Assembly: GCA_047633115.1 (NCBI GenBank)
Contig: JBLIEN010000001.1
Span: 1 to 37,785, forward strand
Reading direction: 5' to 3'
DNA length: 37,785 bases
From: Pontimonas sp.
Lineage (GTDB): Bacteria; Actinomycetota; Actinomycetes; Actinomycetales; Microbacteriaceae
Within the stretch, counting starts at the first letter, position 1; each line of letters opens with the position of its first letter. This document shows positions 9,419 through 20,169 of the stretch, in pieces. The position numbers and the translations under genes are program-made. The notes beneath the pieces are model-generated. The model searched no databases, was not told the origin of the DNA, and saw only the letters and a program-made list of their open reading frames with translations.

Positions 9419-10019
9419 CGATGTGAAGGGCGACATTGTTTCCGTCGTCGTCACCCCAGAAGAGATAGCTGAGGGCCTTGCCCGGATGGCGAGGGAAATC
9501 GAGCACGATCTTGACGGCAGGACACCGTTGTTGATCGGCGTCCTCAAAGGTGCTGTCATGGTGATGGCAGATTTAGCGAGGGAGCTCACCATCCCCTTGG
9601 AAATGGATTGGATGGCGGTCTCCAGTTATGGTCGGTCTACTAAGTCCAGCGGTGTGGTGAGAATTGTCAAGGACCTGGATACTTCCCTCGATGGCCGCGA
9701 CGTCATCATTGTGGAAGACATTGTGGACTCGGGGCTCACGCTGTCGTGGCTGCTGGAGAACTTTGCCTCCCGGGGCGCCGCCTCTCTTCGGGTAGCAACA
9801 CTGCTTCGTAAACCCGATGCGATGGCGGTGGATGTTCCTATTGACTATCTTGGCTTCGATATTCCCAACGAATTTGTGGTGGGATACGGCCTTGATTTTG
9901 ATGAACGGTACCGAAATCTTCGAGGGGTCGGTGTCCTCAACCCCTCTGTCTATAGCGGAGGCCATGAGGACGCTGTGCCCGAGGCGAACAGTTCTGCACC
10001 GCAGACCTTCTCGCGTTAG
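9408..10019 (+). CDS. hpt: Hypoxanthine phosphoribosyltransferase
   Basis: [19 protein letters not shown] (PRPP motif) and FVVGYGLD. Confidence 0.96.
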   Translation: MDFDDVKGDIVSVVVTPEEIAEGLARMAREIEHDLDGRTPLLIGVLKGAVMVMADLARELTIPLEMDWMAVSSYGRSTKSSGVVRIVKDLDTSLDGRDVIIVEDIVDSGLTLSWLLENFASRGAASLRVATLLRKPDAMAVDVPIDYLGFDIPNEFVVGYGLDFDERYRNLRGVGVLNPSVYSGGHEDAVPEANSSAPQTFSR

Positions 10020-10067
10020 CCTTTATTATTCTTCGTACCCTGACCCGGAAAGGTCCCTTGAGCCACC

Positions 10068-12074
10068 ATGGCCACGAAAAGACCGACGTTTAAATCGCTC
10101 CTGAAAGGCCCGCTGCCCTACATCGTGTTAGGGGCGGTGGTGGTCGTGCTGGGCGTTTCCTTGCTCACCCAGGGAGGCTTCAGAGCCGTTTCTACCCAAG
10201 AGGGCCTGGAACTACTCAGAGGAAACCAGGCGGAATCCGCCACCATTATTGACGGTGAGCAACGCGTCGATCTCGAACTTCGCCAGAGCTTCCAAGGAGG
10301 AGGAACACAGGTCCAGTTCTATTACGTTGCCCCTCGCGGGGAGGACATCATCGATGCCGTGGCAAGCTCTGATGTTGCCGAGTTCACAGACGAAGTGCCC
10401 CAGACCAGCTGGCTGGGTTCTCTCTTGGGTTTCGTGATTCCCTTCCTCTTGATTGGTGTGATTTTCTGGTTCCTTCTTAGCCGCATGCAAGGTGGGGGCT
10501 CGAGGGTTATGCAGTTTGGGAAATCCCGCGCCACGTTGGTGGCGAAGGAAAACTCCACAGTCTCCTTTGAGGATGTAGCCGGTGCCGATGAGGCCATCGA
10601 AGAGCTCCAAGAAATCAAAGAGTTCCTCCAGGACTCGGAGAAGTTCCTTAAAGTTGGGGCGAAGATTCCCCGAGGAGTGCTGCTCTATGGGCCTCCAGGA
10701 ACAGGTAAGACCCTGCTGGCCAGAGCGGTAGCGGGGGAAGCTGACGCGCCTTTTTACGCGATTTCCGGCTCCGACTTTGTCGAAATGTTTGTAGGCGTGG
10801 GTGCCTCGAGGGTCCGTGACCTCTTCAAAGAGGCAAAAGAAAATGCTCCCGCAATTATTTTCGTCGATGAAATTGATGCCGTGGGCCGTCATCGAGGTGC
10901 CGGCATGGGAGGTGGACACGACGAGCGGGAACAAACTCTGAACCAGCTCCTAGTGGAAATGGATGGGTTTGACCCCCAATCCAACGTCATCATGATCGCG
11001 GCAACCAATCGACCAGACATTTTGGACCCGGCACTGTTGCGCCCAGGCCGATTCGATCGCCAAATTCAGGTGGACGCCCCCGACATGAAGGGGCGCGCAA
11101 AAATTCTTGAAGTACACGCCAAAGGCAAGCCGATGGCGAAGGGAGTCGACCTGGCTGTCTTGGCGAGAAAGACCCCAGGTTTCACGGGTGCTGACTTGGC
11201 TAACGTGCTCAACGAGGCGGCTCTGCTTACGGCACGAGCAAACGCTAAAAAAATCACCGACGTCATGTTGGATGAAGCGGTCGATCGGGTGATGGCTGGG
11301 CCACAGAGGCGTAGCCGGATGATGAGCGATAAAGAGCGCCAGGTTACTGCGTATCACGAAGGCGGTCACGCGCTTGCCGCAGCGGCGATGCGCAATACAG
11401 ACCCGGTGACGAAGGTCACTATTTTGCCCCGGGGGCGAGCCCTCGGATACACGATGGTGATGCCCGTGGCTGATAAGTATTCGATTACCCGCAACGAGCT
11501 TCTCGATCAGCTCACCTATGCGATGGGAGGCCGGGTCGCGGAGGAATTAGTGTTCCATGACCCCACCACCGGGGCGTCGAACGACATCGAAAAAGCAACG
11601 TCAATTGCTCGGAGCATGGTCATCGAATACGGCATGAGCGCCAGCGTGGGGGCTGTGAAATTGGGCCAAGCCAGCGGCGAAATGTTTCTGGGCCGCGACA
11701 TGGGCCACCAAAGGGACTACTCCGATTCAGTTGCCGAACTTGTGGATTCTCAAGTTCGGGAATTGATTGACCACGCCCACACCGAGGCCTGGGAAGTCTT
11801 GACCGCCAACCGAGCCATCTTGGACAGGTTGGCCTCTGAGCTCCTCGAAAAAGAAACGCTAGACCATAACCAGCTGGCGGAGATTTTTGCGAAGGTGAAG
11901 AAGCTTCCTGAACGTCCCCAGTGGCTTTCGAGTGGAAAGCGACCGGTGTCAAGCCATGGACCTGTCGCTGTCCCGGCAAAGAAGGCCATACCTAGGAAGC
12001 GGGCAGTGGCGAAGAAGCCCTCTGGAAAAAAAGCACCGGCGACGATGCCGCAAGCCCAGGATGAGCGTGGATAA
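10068..12074 (+). CDS. ftsH: ATP-dependent zinc metalloprotease FtsH
   Basis: Two TM helices, [25 protein letters not shown] and HEGGH. Confidence 0.98.
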   Translation: MATKRPTFKSLLKGPLPYIVLGAVVVVLGVSLLTQGGFRAVSTQEGLELLRGNQAESATIIDGEQRVDLELRQSFQGGGTQVQFYYVAPRGEDIIDAVASSDVAEFTDEVPQTSWLGSLLGFVIPFLLIGVIFWFLLSRMQGGGSRVMQFGKSRATLVAKENSTVSFEDVAGADEAIEELQEIKEFLQDSEKFLKVGAKIPRGVLLYGPPGTGKTLLARAVAGEADAPFYAISGSDFVEMFVGVGASRVRDLFKEAKENAPAIIFVDEIDAVGRHRGAGMGGGHDEREQTLNQLLVEMDGFDPQSNVIMIAATNRPDILDPALLRPGRFDRQIQVDAPDMKGRAKILEVHAKGKPMAKGVDLAVLARKTPGFTGADLANVLNEAALLTARANAKKITDVMLDEAVDRVMAGPQRRSRMMSDKERQVTAYHEGGHALAAAAMRNTDPVTKVTILPRGRALGYTMVMPVADKYSITRNELLDQLTYAMGGRVAEELVFHDPTTGASNDIEKATSIARSMVIEYGMSASVGAVKLGQASGEMFLGRDMGHQRDYSDSVAELVDSQVRELIDHAHTEAWEVLTANRAILDRLASELLEKETLDHNQLAEIFAKVKKLPERPQWLSSGKRPVSSHGPVAVPAKKAIPRKRAVAKKPSGKKAPATMPQAQDERG

Positions 12075-12642
12075 CACGGTCATTCGCCAGGCCATCCATG
12101 ACATTTTGGTAGCGGTGGGGGAAGACCCCACCCGCGAAGGCCTTGCTAGCACTCCGGATCGCGTGGCCGAGCTTTTTGGTGAACTTTATTCCGGCGTCGG
12201 CGTTGACCCGGTTTCGGTCATTCGCAACGCAAACTCCGTCGTCAGTGATGCGAGCGAACGCGGTGAGCTCGTTGCCCTTCGCGGTATTGCGTTTCACTCT
12301 TTGTGCGAGCACCACCTGCTCCCTTTTGAAGGGACGGCATCGGTCGTGTATCAACCCGCTCAGGGCATCGTGGGACTGGGGACATTGGCCACGCTGGTCG
12401 AGGTCACGGCGGCCAGGCCCCAGTTGCAAGAGCGCCTGGGAGAGATGGTGGCTCAGGCGCTAATGGAATCCGGTGTCGCTGCAGGCGCATTGGTTCTCAT
12501 TTCTGCCACTCACGGTTGTGTGCGCTTTCGCGGACCCAAGCAGGCTTTGACCACCGTGACCGTTGCTGCTGAGGGCTCCCTGGTCTCTGGCACCGGTCGT
12601 CACGAGGCGCTTCTGCTTGTGGGTGGTGACGAGGGGGCGTGA
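12061..12642 (+). CDS. folE: GTP cyclohydrolase I
   Basis: [25 protein letters not shown] and HGC..RG; ATG at 12061; first gene of the fol block. Confidence 0.9.
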   Translation: MSVDNTVIRQAIHDILVAVGEDPTREGLASTPDRVAELFGELYSGVGVDPVSVIRNANSVVSDASERGELVALRGIAFHSLCEHHLLPFEGTASVVYQPAQGIVGLGTLATLVEVTAARPQLQERLGEMVAQALMESGVAAGALVLISATHGCVRFRGPKQALTTVTVAAEGSLVSGTGRHEALLLVGGDEGA

Positions 12643-13460
12643 CCCACACCCGGCGGCCTCAGGTCTGGGGTGTTCTCAACGTCACACCCGATTCTTTCAG
12701 TGACGGTGGCCGCTATGTCGACTACCCGGCTGCCAGGAAGCACGCGGAAGAAATGCTCACTCAGGGCGCGGATGTGATCGACATTGGCGGGGAATCCACG
12801 AGGCCTGGCGCCGAAAGAGTTGATGCCGAGGTGGAGCAAGAAAGGGTGCTCCCTCTTGTCGAAGCGTTGGTAGCGAGTGGAGCAACCGTGAGTGTTGACA
12901 CCATGAGGGCTGACACTGCGCTCCGGGCACTCGAGGCGGGAGCCCACATCATTAATGATGTTTCTGGGGGTCTCGCTGATGAGGCAATGTTTGCGGTGAT
13001 GGCCCAGGCGTCGTGCGAGGTGGTGCTCATGCACTGGCGCGGACACAGCGCGGCCATGGATGATCTCGCTGTCTACACCGATGTGGTTCGTGAAGTGAGC
13101 AAAGAGCTCAGCGAGCGCGTGGACGCCGCGCGGGCAGCAGGAATCTCTGGCGAACGTTTGGTTGTTGATCCGGGCTTGGGATTTGCGAAAAGCAGTGATC
13201 ACAGTTGGGAGCTTCTGGCCCACATCGGTGAGCTCGGCGAACCAGGTATGCGGATACTGGTGGGGGCTTCACGGAAGAGATTTGTCGGTGCTGTGCTGCC
13301 TGAAGGTCACCATGTCCTGGAGCGCGATGCCCCCTCAGCCGTGGTGGGGGCCCTTCTCGCTGAAAAAGGCGTATGGGCGCTTCGTGTTCATCATGTGGCA
13401 GCGCAGGTGAGGGCCCTCGATATCTGGCAGGCTTTGCAGCGAGGAGGAACAGATGGCTGA
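12639..13460 (+). CDS. folP: Dihydropteroate synthase
   Basis: LNVTPDSFSDGG, DIGGESTRPGA, DPGLGF, SRKRF and RVH. Confidence 0.96.
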   Translation: MTHTRRPQVWGVLNVTPDSFSDGGRYVDYPAARKHAEEMLTQGADVIDIGGESTRPGAERVDAEVEQERVLPLVEALVASGATVSVDTMRADTALRALEAGAHIINDVSGGLADEAMFAVMAQASCEVVLMHWRGHSAAMDDLAVYTDVVREVSKELSERVDAARAAGISGERLVVDPGLGFAKSSDHSWELLAHIGELGEPGMRILVGASRKRFVGAVLPEGHHVLERDAPSAVVGALLAEKGVWALRVHHVAAQVRALDIWQALQRGGTDG

Positions 13461-13821
13461 CGCTATTCGTTTGGCAGGCATTGAGGTTTTTGCCCATCAC
13501 GGTGTTTTTCCTGCTGAGCGTCAGGAGGGGCAAACCTTCGTCATTGATGTTGAGCTCGAATACGACATGACCCAGGCCGCCACCTCCGATGATGTGGGAG
13601 ACGCTGTCGACTATGGCGCCTTGGCTCTAGCGATTTCTACCGATGCCGCCCGCGATCCGGTCAACCTGCTGGAGACTCTGTGCCTCAGGCTGATCAGCAC
13701 CGCGTTGCGCTTTGAGAAAGCCGACGCTGTCACCATCACCATTCATAAACCCCAGGCCCCGATGGAGGTCCTGGTGTGGGATTCTTCCGTTTCGATGCGT
13801 CGCGAACGAGGCGAGCTGTAA
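13453..13821 (+). CDS. folB: Dihydroneopterin aldolase
   Basis: HHGVFPAER.EGQ.F, DYG, NLLETL and KPQAP. Confidence 0.94.
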   Translation: MADAIRLAGIEVFAHHGVFPAERQEGQTFVIDVELEYDMTQAATSDDVGDAVDYGALALAISTDAARDPVNLLETLCLRLISTALRFEKADAVTITIHKPQAPMEVLVWDSSVSMRRERGEL

Positions 13822-14315
13822 TGGATGCCGGATGGACGCGATGTGTCGTTGCCGTGGGCGCCAACCTCGGCGACAAAGAAACTGTTGCCTTCCAGGCGGT
13901 GTCTGATCTTCGGGCCACCGAGGGTTTTTCCTTGGTGGCGTGTTCTGGCCTGCACGAGACCACCGCTCTGACCACCGAAGGTTTCGATTCCTCCGCGCCG
14001 AGTTACCTGAACCAAGTTGTGGTGCTCGATTCGGCATGGTCTCCACAGCACACACTCCAGAAGCTTCACGATATTGAGCAGGCGCATGGACGCGTGCGGA
14101 CCGGGCAGCGCTACGCGGACCGCACACTGGATTTGGACCTCATAACCTATGGGGAAGAGGCACTGGTTTCGCCGTCGTTGACACTGCCTCACCCCCGCGC
14201 CCACGAGCGACGTTTCGTCCTTGAGCCGTGGCTCGAGGTAGATCCCTCGGCACAGCTGCCGGGTCATGGGCCACTCGCACCGCTTCTTGCGGCACTACCC
14301 GAAATTTCGTCATGA
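13821..14315 (+). CDS. folK: 2-amino-4-hydroxy-6-hydroxymethyldihydropteridine diphosphokinase
   Basis: GANLGD, YLNQV, RTLDLD and LPHPRAHERRFVL; TAATG coupling to folB. Confidence 0.94.
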   Translation: MDAGWTRCVVAVGANLGDKETVAFQAVSDLRATEGFSLVACSGLHETTALTTEGFDSSAPSYLNQVVVLDSAWSPQHTLQKLHDIEQAHGRVRTGQRYADRTLDLDLITYGEEALVSPSLTLPHPRAHERRFVLEPWLEVDPSAQLPGHGPLAPLLAALPEISS

Positions 14316-14794
14316 TCCTTACTAAAGCGTCCACTCTGGCAAGCTTCGCGCTCTCAGGTGGCGTCGTGGTCGGCGCTGGTCAAGCGGTGCTCGCGAGGCT
14401 CGGAGAACCAGCGCTCATCCCACCCCCGACGTGGGGGGTGAGCCTTGCTCTGCTGGGTGCCATCGTCCTGGGGTTAGCGTGGCCCATTCGCTCCAGAGTT
14501 CAGCGCCCTGAGAAGGGCATCCTGGTAGATCCTGTCTATGCAACCCGCGTTGTGCTACTGGCTAAAGCTAGCTCCCTCGCGGGATCGGGGCTGGCGGGGG
14601 GAGCCATGGGATTAGGCCTGTTTTTTTTCACCCGGCCTGTTGTGTCGACGCCGACGCTGTTCTTGGTGGGATTGGCAGTGGTAGGAGCCGTAGTGTTAAT
14701 GGTTGGCGCATTAGTGGCAGAGCGTTGGTGTTCCCTGCCACCTGACGTGCCCGGGTCAGCAGGCCCCGGTGGACCAGAAGGAGAGCTCTTATGA
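14312..14794 (+). CDS. DUF3180-like membrane protein
   Basis: Four hydrophobic helices, LAKASS and C-terminal AERWCSLPP; this is the usual neighbour of folK in actinobacteria. Confidence 0.8.
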   Translation: MILTKASTLASFALSGGVVVGAGQAVLARLGEPALIPPPTWGVSLALLGAIVLGLAWPIRSRVQRPEKGILVDPVYATRVVLLAKASSLAGSGLAGGAMGLGLFFFTRPVVSTPTLFLVGLAVVGAVVLMVGALVAERWCSLPPDVPGSAGPGGPEGELL

Positions 14795-15273
14795 GCGAGA
14801 ACGTCACGCCGTGGCAATCTGTGAGCCCACGCTATGTGGTGGAACTCATGTTGGAATCCAGCCTCACTTTTCTTATCCTCTCGGGGTTCGCAACGGTTCC
14901 TCTGTGGCTCGCTCAAGAGGACATTGGCGTTCTCTCGTGGTACCCACTGGCTGCGGTGCTGGTGGTGGCCGCTGTGGTCATCGGGTTTGTCCCGCGGCGT
15001 GTGAGAGCAATCGGCTTTGCGCTGCGGAATAACGATGTGGTGTTTCGAAAAGGGATCCTGTTCCAGCGCATTGTTGCTGTCCCCTACGGCAGGCTCCAGC
15101 TGGTGGACGTGTCACGGGGCCCGGTGTCGCGACTGCTGGGCCTGTCCCAGCTGAGTTTGGTGACCGCCGCCGCTTCTACGGGAGTAACCATCTCGGGTCT
15201 TCCGCAACATAAAGCGGAAGAGCTGCGCGATCATCTAATTGCCCTGGCGGAAACGCGCCGAGCAGGCCTGTAA
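14791..15273 (+). CDS. Bacterial PH-domain membrane protein (YdbS-like)
   Basis: Two TM helices, then VPYGRLQLVDVSRGP..RLLGL. Confidence 0.85.
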   Translation: MSENVTPWQSVSPRYVVELMLESSLTFLILSGFATVPLWLAQEDIGVLSWYPLAAVLVVAAVVIGFVPRRVRAIGFALRNNDVVFRKGILFQRIVAVPYGRLQLVDVSRGPVSRLLGLSQLSLVTAAASTGVTISGLPQHKAEELRDHLIALAETRRAGL

Positions 15274-16787
15274 TGCGAAGTTCCCCCGTGTTGCGCCGTG
15301 CAGGCGACATTCGTGATGGCCAGTGGCACAGGCTGCACCCGTTTACCCCCGTACTGCAAGGCGGTGTCGTCGCTGTCGCGCTGATAACCGCGGCGGTGGT
15401 TGCCGTGTGGGATGGGGTCATTTTCCCCACTCTGTTGGCTTTCTTTTTCGGGGAGGGTGCCGGGGACACCGAGTCTGACCTGTGGTTTTGGGTGGGGGAA
15501 TCTCTAGGGTTCATTTCTTTGGGAGCATTCGCCTTTGTTCTCATTGCGGGCGGGGGGTTCTTTTTGCAGTGGCGGGTTCACTTGGTTCGGATGGATGACG
15601 ATGTTATTGAGGTCAAGAAAGGTCTGATTGTGAAGAGCTCGAGGCGTGCCCGCCTCGATCGAGTAAACACGATCGGCATCAGACGTCCGATTATTCCGCG
15701 CCTGCTCGGTCTGGCGAAGTTGGATATTCAGGCAGCCGGAAATGACGCGAGCGTCGTCTTGGCGTACCTTCCGACGGCGGTTGCCCAGGGCTTGCGCAAG
15801 GTAATTTTGACTGGAAATACTGACGAGTCCGACTCCGATTTGGACTCTGGGTCTGGGTCTGAGCCTGGGCTTGGCGCCGGCGAAGAGGAAATTACGACGC
15901 GCGAGGTCGAAGTCCCCCTTTTTCGTTACCTGGCTTCTTTGGTCCTGAGTGTGGAAACGCTGGTGTTGTTGGCGTTCTTGACCGGTTTCATTGTGTTTGC
16001 TGTTGTGTCCGCCGAAATTGCTGTGTTGCTGGGATTGGTGGTGGGGCTGATTGGATATGGCGTGTACTTGGGGGAACGATTTTTACGCGTGGGCAACTTC
16101 GTGGTTGACTCGGTTTCCGGTGACTTGCGGGTGTCCTTGGGCTTGCTCTCCACCAGTGTTGAAACCATTCCGTCTTCTCGCATTCACGCTCTGGAGCTCA
16201 GCCAACCCTGGCCATGGAAACTTTTCGGGTGGTGGCGACTCAACGCCAACTTGGCGTCCCAACCGGGGGCCAGCAACGCAAAAGCCCCCGAGCACACCGT
16301 TATTTTGCCGGTAGGAACACTCGCTGAGGTGCAGCAAATTCTCGCTCTGGGAATCCCGGATCTGTCCCGAAACGGCGCCGGGGAGACTCTTCAGGCGATG
16401 GTCACGGGCCCACGAAAAACCTGGGCCACGCCAGAAACACTGGTAAGCCCTCGGCGGGCGCACTGGCGTGTTCCTTTTAGTCACCGGGCGACGGCGGCTC
16501 TTCACGTACCGGGCGCGGTGTTGATCCGACGAGGTCTCTGGGTTTCTCGGCTGGGGGTCATCCCACTGGCGCACATTCAAAGCGCGAGCGTGGCCGGGGG
16601 GCCCTGGCATCGAGCTTTGAAGTTGAGACGCGTAGAAATCCAGAGTGTCGCTGGTCCGGTTGCGCTTCGCCTTTCCGGTATCGATTCTCTGGACGCTCAC
16701 CAGTGGTGGGAAGGCCTCAATGTCTCTATTCACGAGGCGATTGACGACACCGCAAAAATCGCCCCTGCCTCTAGGCCTTCTGCGTGA
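15273..16787 (+). CDS. Bacterial PH-domain membrane protein (YdbT-like)
   Basis: WHRLHP.TP N-terminus, several TM pairs and three bPH_2-like repeats; paired with the YdbS-like gene. Confidence 0.82.
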   Translation: MRSSPVLRRAGDIRDGQWHRLHPFTPVLQGGVVAVALITAAVVAVWDGVIFPTLLAFFFGEGAGDTESDLWFWVGESLGFISLGAFAFVLIAGGGFFLQWRVHLVRMDDDVIEVKKGLIVKSSRRARLDRVNTIGIRRPIIPRLLGLAKLDIQAAGNDASVVLAYLPTAVAQGLRKVILTGNTDESDSDLDSGSGSEPGLGAGEEEITTREVEVPLFRYLASLVLSVETLVLLAFLTGFIVFAVVSAEIAVLLGLVVGLIGYGVYLGERFLRVGNFVVDSVSGDLRVSLGLLSTSVETIPSSRIHALELSQPWPWKLFGWWRLNANLASQPGASNAKAPEHTVILPVGTLAEVQQILALGIPDLSRNGAGETLQAMVTGPRKTWATPETLVSPRRAHWRVPFSHRATAALHVPGAVLIRRGLWVSRLGVIPLAHIQSASVAGGPWHRALKLRRVEIQSVAGPVALRLSGIDSLDAHQWWEGLNVSIHEAIDDTAKIAPASRPSA

Positions 16788-17488
16788 TGGACCCTTCCCG
16801 GCTGGGTGTAGGAGTGATTGGTGCCGGCAAAGTGGGACCGGTCATCGCCGCCGCTCTAGCAGGGGCCGGTCACAGCCTGGTCGGCATCACGCCACCGGGA
16901 ACCGACCGTGAACGAGTGGAAGCGATGCTTCCCGGCGTTCCTTTTCTCGAGCCCCAAGTGCTGTGTGAACGGAGCGAACTTGTTGTCCTTGCCCTGCCCG
17001 ATTCGGAACTCCCGGGTTTCGTTGAAGGGTTGGCGGCCGCGGGAGGCTGGGTTTCTGGCCAAATCGTGGCGCACACGTCCATTGCGCACGGGCTCGAAGT
17101 GCTGGCACCTGCGATTACTCAAGGGGTTATCCCGGTGGGGCTTCACCCGCTGATGGAATTCACGGGGTGGAGCATGGACTTACCTCGCATGGTCGGCACT
17201 TGGTGCGTGGTGAGCGCGCCTCCAGTGGCCTCTCCTATAGCCCACGCACTGGCAGTGGAGATGGGGATGGAACCCTTGGTCATTGCTGAAGACAAGCGGC
17301 GACATGTTGCCGCTGCAATCGCTCTGGCCACCAGCTTTTCTCACACGACCGTGGGCGAAGCCGCTGCGAGGCTTCGATTGGCGGGCATCGCTAACCCGGG
17401 TGTGGTGATGGCGGCTCTGGTGAACTCCAGTGTGGATAACGCTCTGCGGGATGTGGCGGGAAATGATGTGGAGCAGAGCGAGCCATGA
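16787..17488 (+). CDS. Rossmann-like/DUF2520 oxidoreductase (PanG-like ketopantoate reductase candidate)
   Basis: IGAGKVG, LALPD, AHTS and HPLMEFTG; directly upstream of panC. Start is 16784 or 16787. Confidence 0.75.
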   Translation: MDPSRLGVGVIGAGKVGPVIAAALAGAGHSLVGITPPGTDRERVEAMLPGVPFLEPQVLCERSELVVLALPDSELPGFVEGLAAAGGWVSGQIVAHTSIAHGLEVLAPAITQGVIPVGLHPLMEFTGWSMDLPRMVGTWCVVSAPPVASPIAHALAVEMGMEPLVIAEDKRRHVAAAIALATSFSHTTVGEAAARLRLAGIANPGVVMAALVNSSVDNALRDVAGNDVEQSEP

Positions 17489-18342
17489 CGATACCCCCGG
17501 TTGTCTTTGATGCCCAGGAGCTCCACCACCGTGTGGCTACCTGGAAAAAACAGGGATTGAGTGTGGCGTTTGTGCCGACCATGGGGTCGCTCCACGAGGG
17601 CCATAAAGCGCTGGTGAGGGCAGCTTCTGCCCAGGCAGACCGGGTTGTGGTGAGCATTTTTGTCAACCCTTTGCAGTTCGGAGTGGGGGAAGATTTTGGG
17701 AGCTATCCGCGAGGGTTAGACGCCGACAAACACTTCCTGTCAGATACCGACACGGATGTGGTGTTTGCTCCCACCCCCGCAGAAATCTATCCCGCGGGAG
17801 CCGACGACACTGCACAGGTTCTCGCGGGGCCCGTAGGCAAAGTGTTTGAAGGCCATGCGAGGCCCGGCCATTTTGATGGCATGCTCACGGTCGTTGCACG
17901 GTTGCTGGAGATCGTTGCCCCCGGGAGGGTGATCATGGGCCGAAAAGATGCCCAGCAAATGTTCCTCGTACAGGAGATGGTGGAAAGAGAGGGACTGAGA
18001 TGCGCAGTCATTCCGGTGGATACCGTGCGCGATAGCGATGGCCTCGCTCTTTCCAGCAGAAATGCCTACCTGTCAATCAAGGACAGGGTGATCGCCGGAG
18101 CCATTCCTCGGGCGCTGGAGGCCGCCGTGCATACAGATTCTCTCGAGCAAGCGCTCGCGCGCTCCCGTGAGGAGCTACAGGCCGACCCGGCGCTCGTCCT
18201 GGATTACCTCTCCGTGGTGGACCCTGCCACGTTTACTCCGTTAAAACGCGAGGTGGCTGGTGGCGAGGGCCTGATGATTGTTGCGGCCAAGGTGGGGACC
18301 ACGCGATTAATCGACAACACCCGCCTCACCTTTGGTCACTAG
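17485..18342 (+). CDS. panC: Pantoate--beta-alanine ligase
   Basis: PTMGSLHEGH, SIFVNPLQF, RPGHF, LSSRN and RLIDN. Confidence 0.96.
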   Translation: MTIPPVVFDAQELHHRVATWKKQGLSVAFVPTMGSLHEGHKALVRAASAQADRVVVSIFVNPLQFGVGEDFGSYPRGLDADKHFLSDTDTDVVFAPTPAEIYPAGADDTAQVLAGPVGKVFEGHARPGHFDGMLTVVARLLEIVAPGRVIMGRKDAQQMFLVQEMVEREGLRCAVIPVDTVRDSDGLALSSRNAYLSIKDRVIAGAIPRALEAAVHTDSLEQALARSREELQADPALVLDYLSVVDPATFTPLKREVAGGEGLMIVAAKVGTTRLIDNTRLTFGH

Positions 18343-18378
18343 GCTAGTGGCGGATATTCCCCTGTGTGAAAGAGCCCT

Positions 18379-19875
18379 ATGACCGATACGCAAGAAGTAC
18401 CTAGCGAGGGCGCGGATAGTGCTGAGCAATATGAAGTGCGATTAGCCAAGCGCCAACGCATGATTGACGCGGGCCTAGCCCCTTACCCTGTTGCCGTGGG
18501 CATCACGACGACCATCTCCCAGGTGCGGGAGAAGTACCCTGCCCTCGAGGCGGAAGCTGCCACCGGCGACATTGTCGGCGTGGCCGGTCGAATCGTGCAC
18601 ATGCGGGTCACCGGGAAACTGGCGTTTGTGTCGTTGCAAGCAGGCTCCGGTGAGCGCTTGCAGGCCATGGTGTCCTTTGGCGAAGTGGGCGAAGAGTCTT
18701 TTGGGCTCCTCAAAGACGTTGTTGACTTGGGTGATCACCTTTATGTGCGCGGTGAAGTGACTGCCTCCAAACGGGGAGAGCTTTCCGTTATGGTCTCGCA
18801 CTGGGAGATGGCCTCAAAAGCGCTGATGCCTTTGCCCAATTTGCACTCTGAACTCAATGAGGAAACTCGGGCCCGCCAGCGATACCTTGACCTCATTGTG
18901 CGCGACCAGGCTCGCGTGACGGTGCGCCAGCGCGCCGGGGTCAACGCATCCCTGCGCCACACCTTCGATACCCATGGGTATCTGGAGGTGGAGACCCCTA
19001 TGTTGCAAACTCTGCACGGCGGGGCGACCGCCCGGCCTTTTGTAACTCACTCGAATGCTTTTAGTACCGACCTCTTTCTGCGCATTGCACCAGAGCTGTT
19101 CCTCAAGCGCGCGGTTGTCGGAGGGCTGGAGCGTGTCTTTGAAATCAATCGTAACTTTCGCAATGAGGGCGCTGATTCCACTCACAGCCCGGAGTTCTCC
19201 ATGCTGGAGGCCTATCAGGCCTACGGGGACTACCAGCAGATGGCAGACCTCACCCAAGAGTTGATTCAAAAAGCAGCCCTCGCCATATCTGGGAGCCATA
19301 CGGTCACTTGGGCGGATGGCACCGAGCATGATCTGGGCGGCAGCTGGGATCGGCTTTCCCTCTACGGAAGCCTCTCGGATGCCTGCGGGAGCGTGATTAC
19401 TCCTCAGACGGACATGGCTACTTTGGAGAAGATGGCAAAGAGTGTGGGAGTCGAGGTGTCGCAACCCACCCACGGCAAGCTGGTTGAAGAGCTATGGGAG
19501 CACTATGTGATCGAGTCCCTCACCACACCCACGTTTGTGATGGATTATCCCGTGGACACGTCACCCTTGGTGCGCGAGCATCGGTCGATTCCCGGTGTGG
19601 TGGAAAAGTGGGATCTTTATGTCAGGGGCTTCGAACTGGCCACCGGGTATTCCGAGCTGGTGGACCCCGTCATTCAGCGCGGAAGATTTGTCGAACAGGC
19701 CCGCCTGGGCTCCCAAGGCGATGAAGAAGCCATGCGGGTGGATGAAGACTTCCTTCGCGCTCTCGAGCATGGCATGCCACCATCAGGCGGCATGGGCATG
19801 GGAATCGACCGCTTGCTGATGGCGCTCACAGGACTCGGGATTAGAGAGACGGTGCTGTTTCCCCTTGTGAAGTGA
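18379..19875 (+). CDS. lysS: Lysine--tRNA ligase (class II)
   Basis: RQRYLDL, EVETP, LRIAPEL, FRNEG, HSPEF and GMGIDRL. Confidence 0.98.
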   Translation: MTDTQEVPSEGADSAEQYEVRLAKRQRMIDAGLAPYPVAVGITTTISQVREKYPALEAEAATGDIVGVAGRIVHMRVTGKLAFVSLQAGSGERLQAMVSFGEVGEESFGLLKDVVDLGDHLYVRGEVTASKRGELSVMVSHWEMASKALMPLPNLHSELNEETRARQRYLDLIVRDQARVTVRQRAGVNASLRHTFDTHGYLEVETPMLQTLHGGATARPFVTHSNAFSTDLFLRIAPELFLKRAVVGGLERVFEINRNFRNEGADSTHSPEFSMLEAYQAYGDYQQMADLTQELIQKAALAISGSHTVTWADGTEHDLGGSWDRLSLYGSLSDACGSVITPQTDMATLEKMAKSVGVEVSQPTHGKLVEELWEHYVIESLTTPTFVMDYPVDTSPLVREHRSIPGVVEKWDLYVRGFELATGYSELVDPVIQRGRFVEQARLGSQGDEEAMRVDEDFLRALEHGMPPSGGMGMGIDRLLMALTGLGIRETVLFPLVK

Positions 19876-19877
19876 CT

Positions 19878-20054
19878 TTAGTCCTCACCGGGTAGCCCGC
19901 GCCGGGCTCGTTCTTCTCGCTCCATTTTTTTGTAGACGCTGCGTTCGCTGCGATCCGCGCGGAGAATGGACCGAATCACAAACCAGAACAAGACACCCAT
20001 CATCGCAGTGGGGGTTACGGAGTACAGGGCATTGAGCCAGAAGTTCTCGATCAC
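19878..20054 (-). CDS. Small single-pass membrane protein (58 aa) with charged C-terminal helix
   Basis: GTG after AGAGGA RBS; MIENFWLNALYSVTPTAMMGVLFWFVIRSILRADRSER... Confidence 0.72.
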   Translation of the reverse strand: MIENFWLNALYSVTPTAMMGVLFWFVIRSILRADRSERSVYKKMEREERARRGLPGED

Positions 20055-20064
20055 GGTTGTCCTC

Positions 20065-20169
20065 TTAGCCAATCAGGGTGGTGAGCCCATAGACGATAAA
20101 GCCCACGAGAATGACGATAAGGGCCACCCTGGCCGGCGGCCACGGTGATTTCTTTGGTTCTTTAGACAC
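20065..20169 (-). CDS. Unannotated 34-aa membrane microprotein
   Basis: Manual translation: MSKEPKKSPWPPARVALIVILVGFIVYGLTTLIG*. TACACT lies 6 nt before the GTG; the stop abuts the RBS of the next small gene. Confidence 0.62.
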   Translation of the reverse strand: MSKEPKKSPWPPARVALIVILVGFIVYGLTTLIG

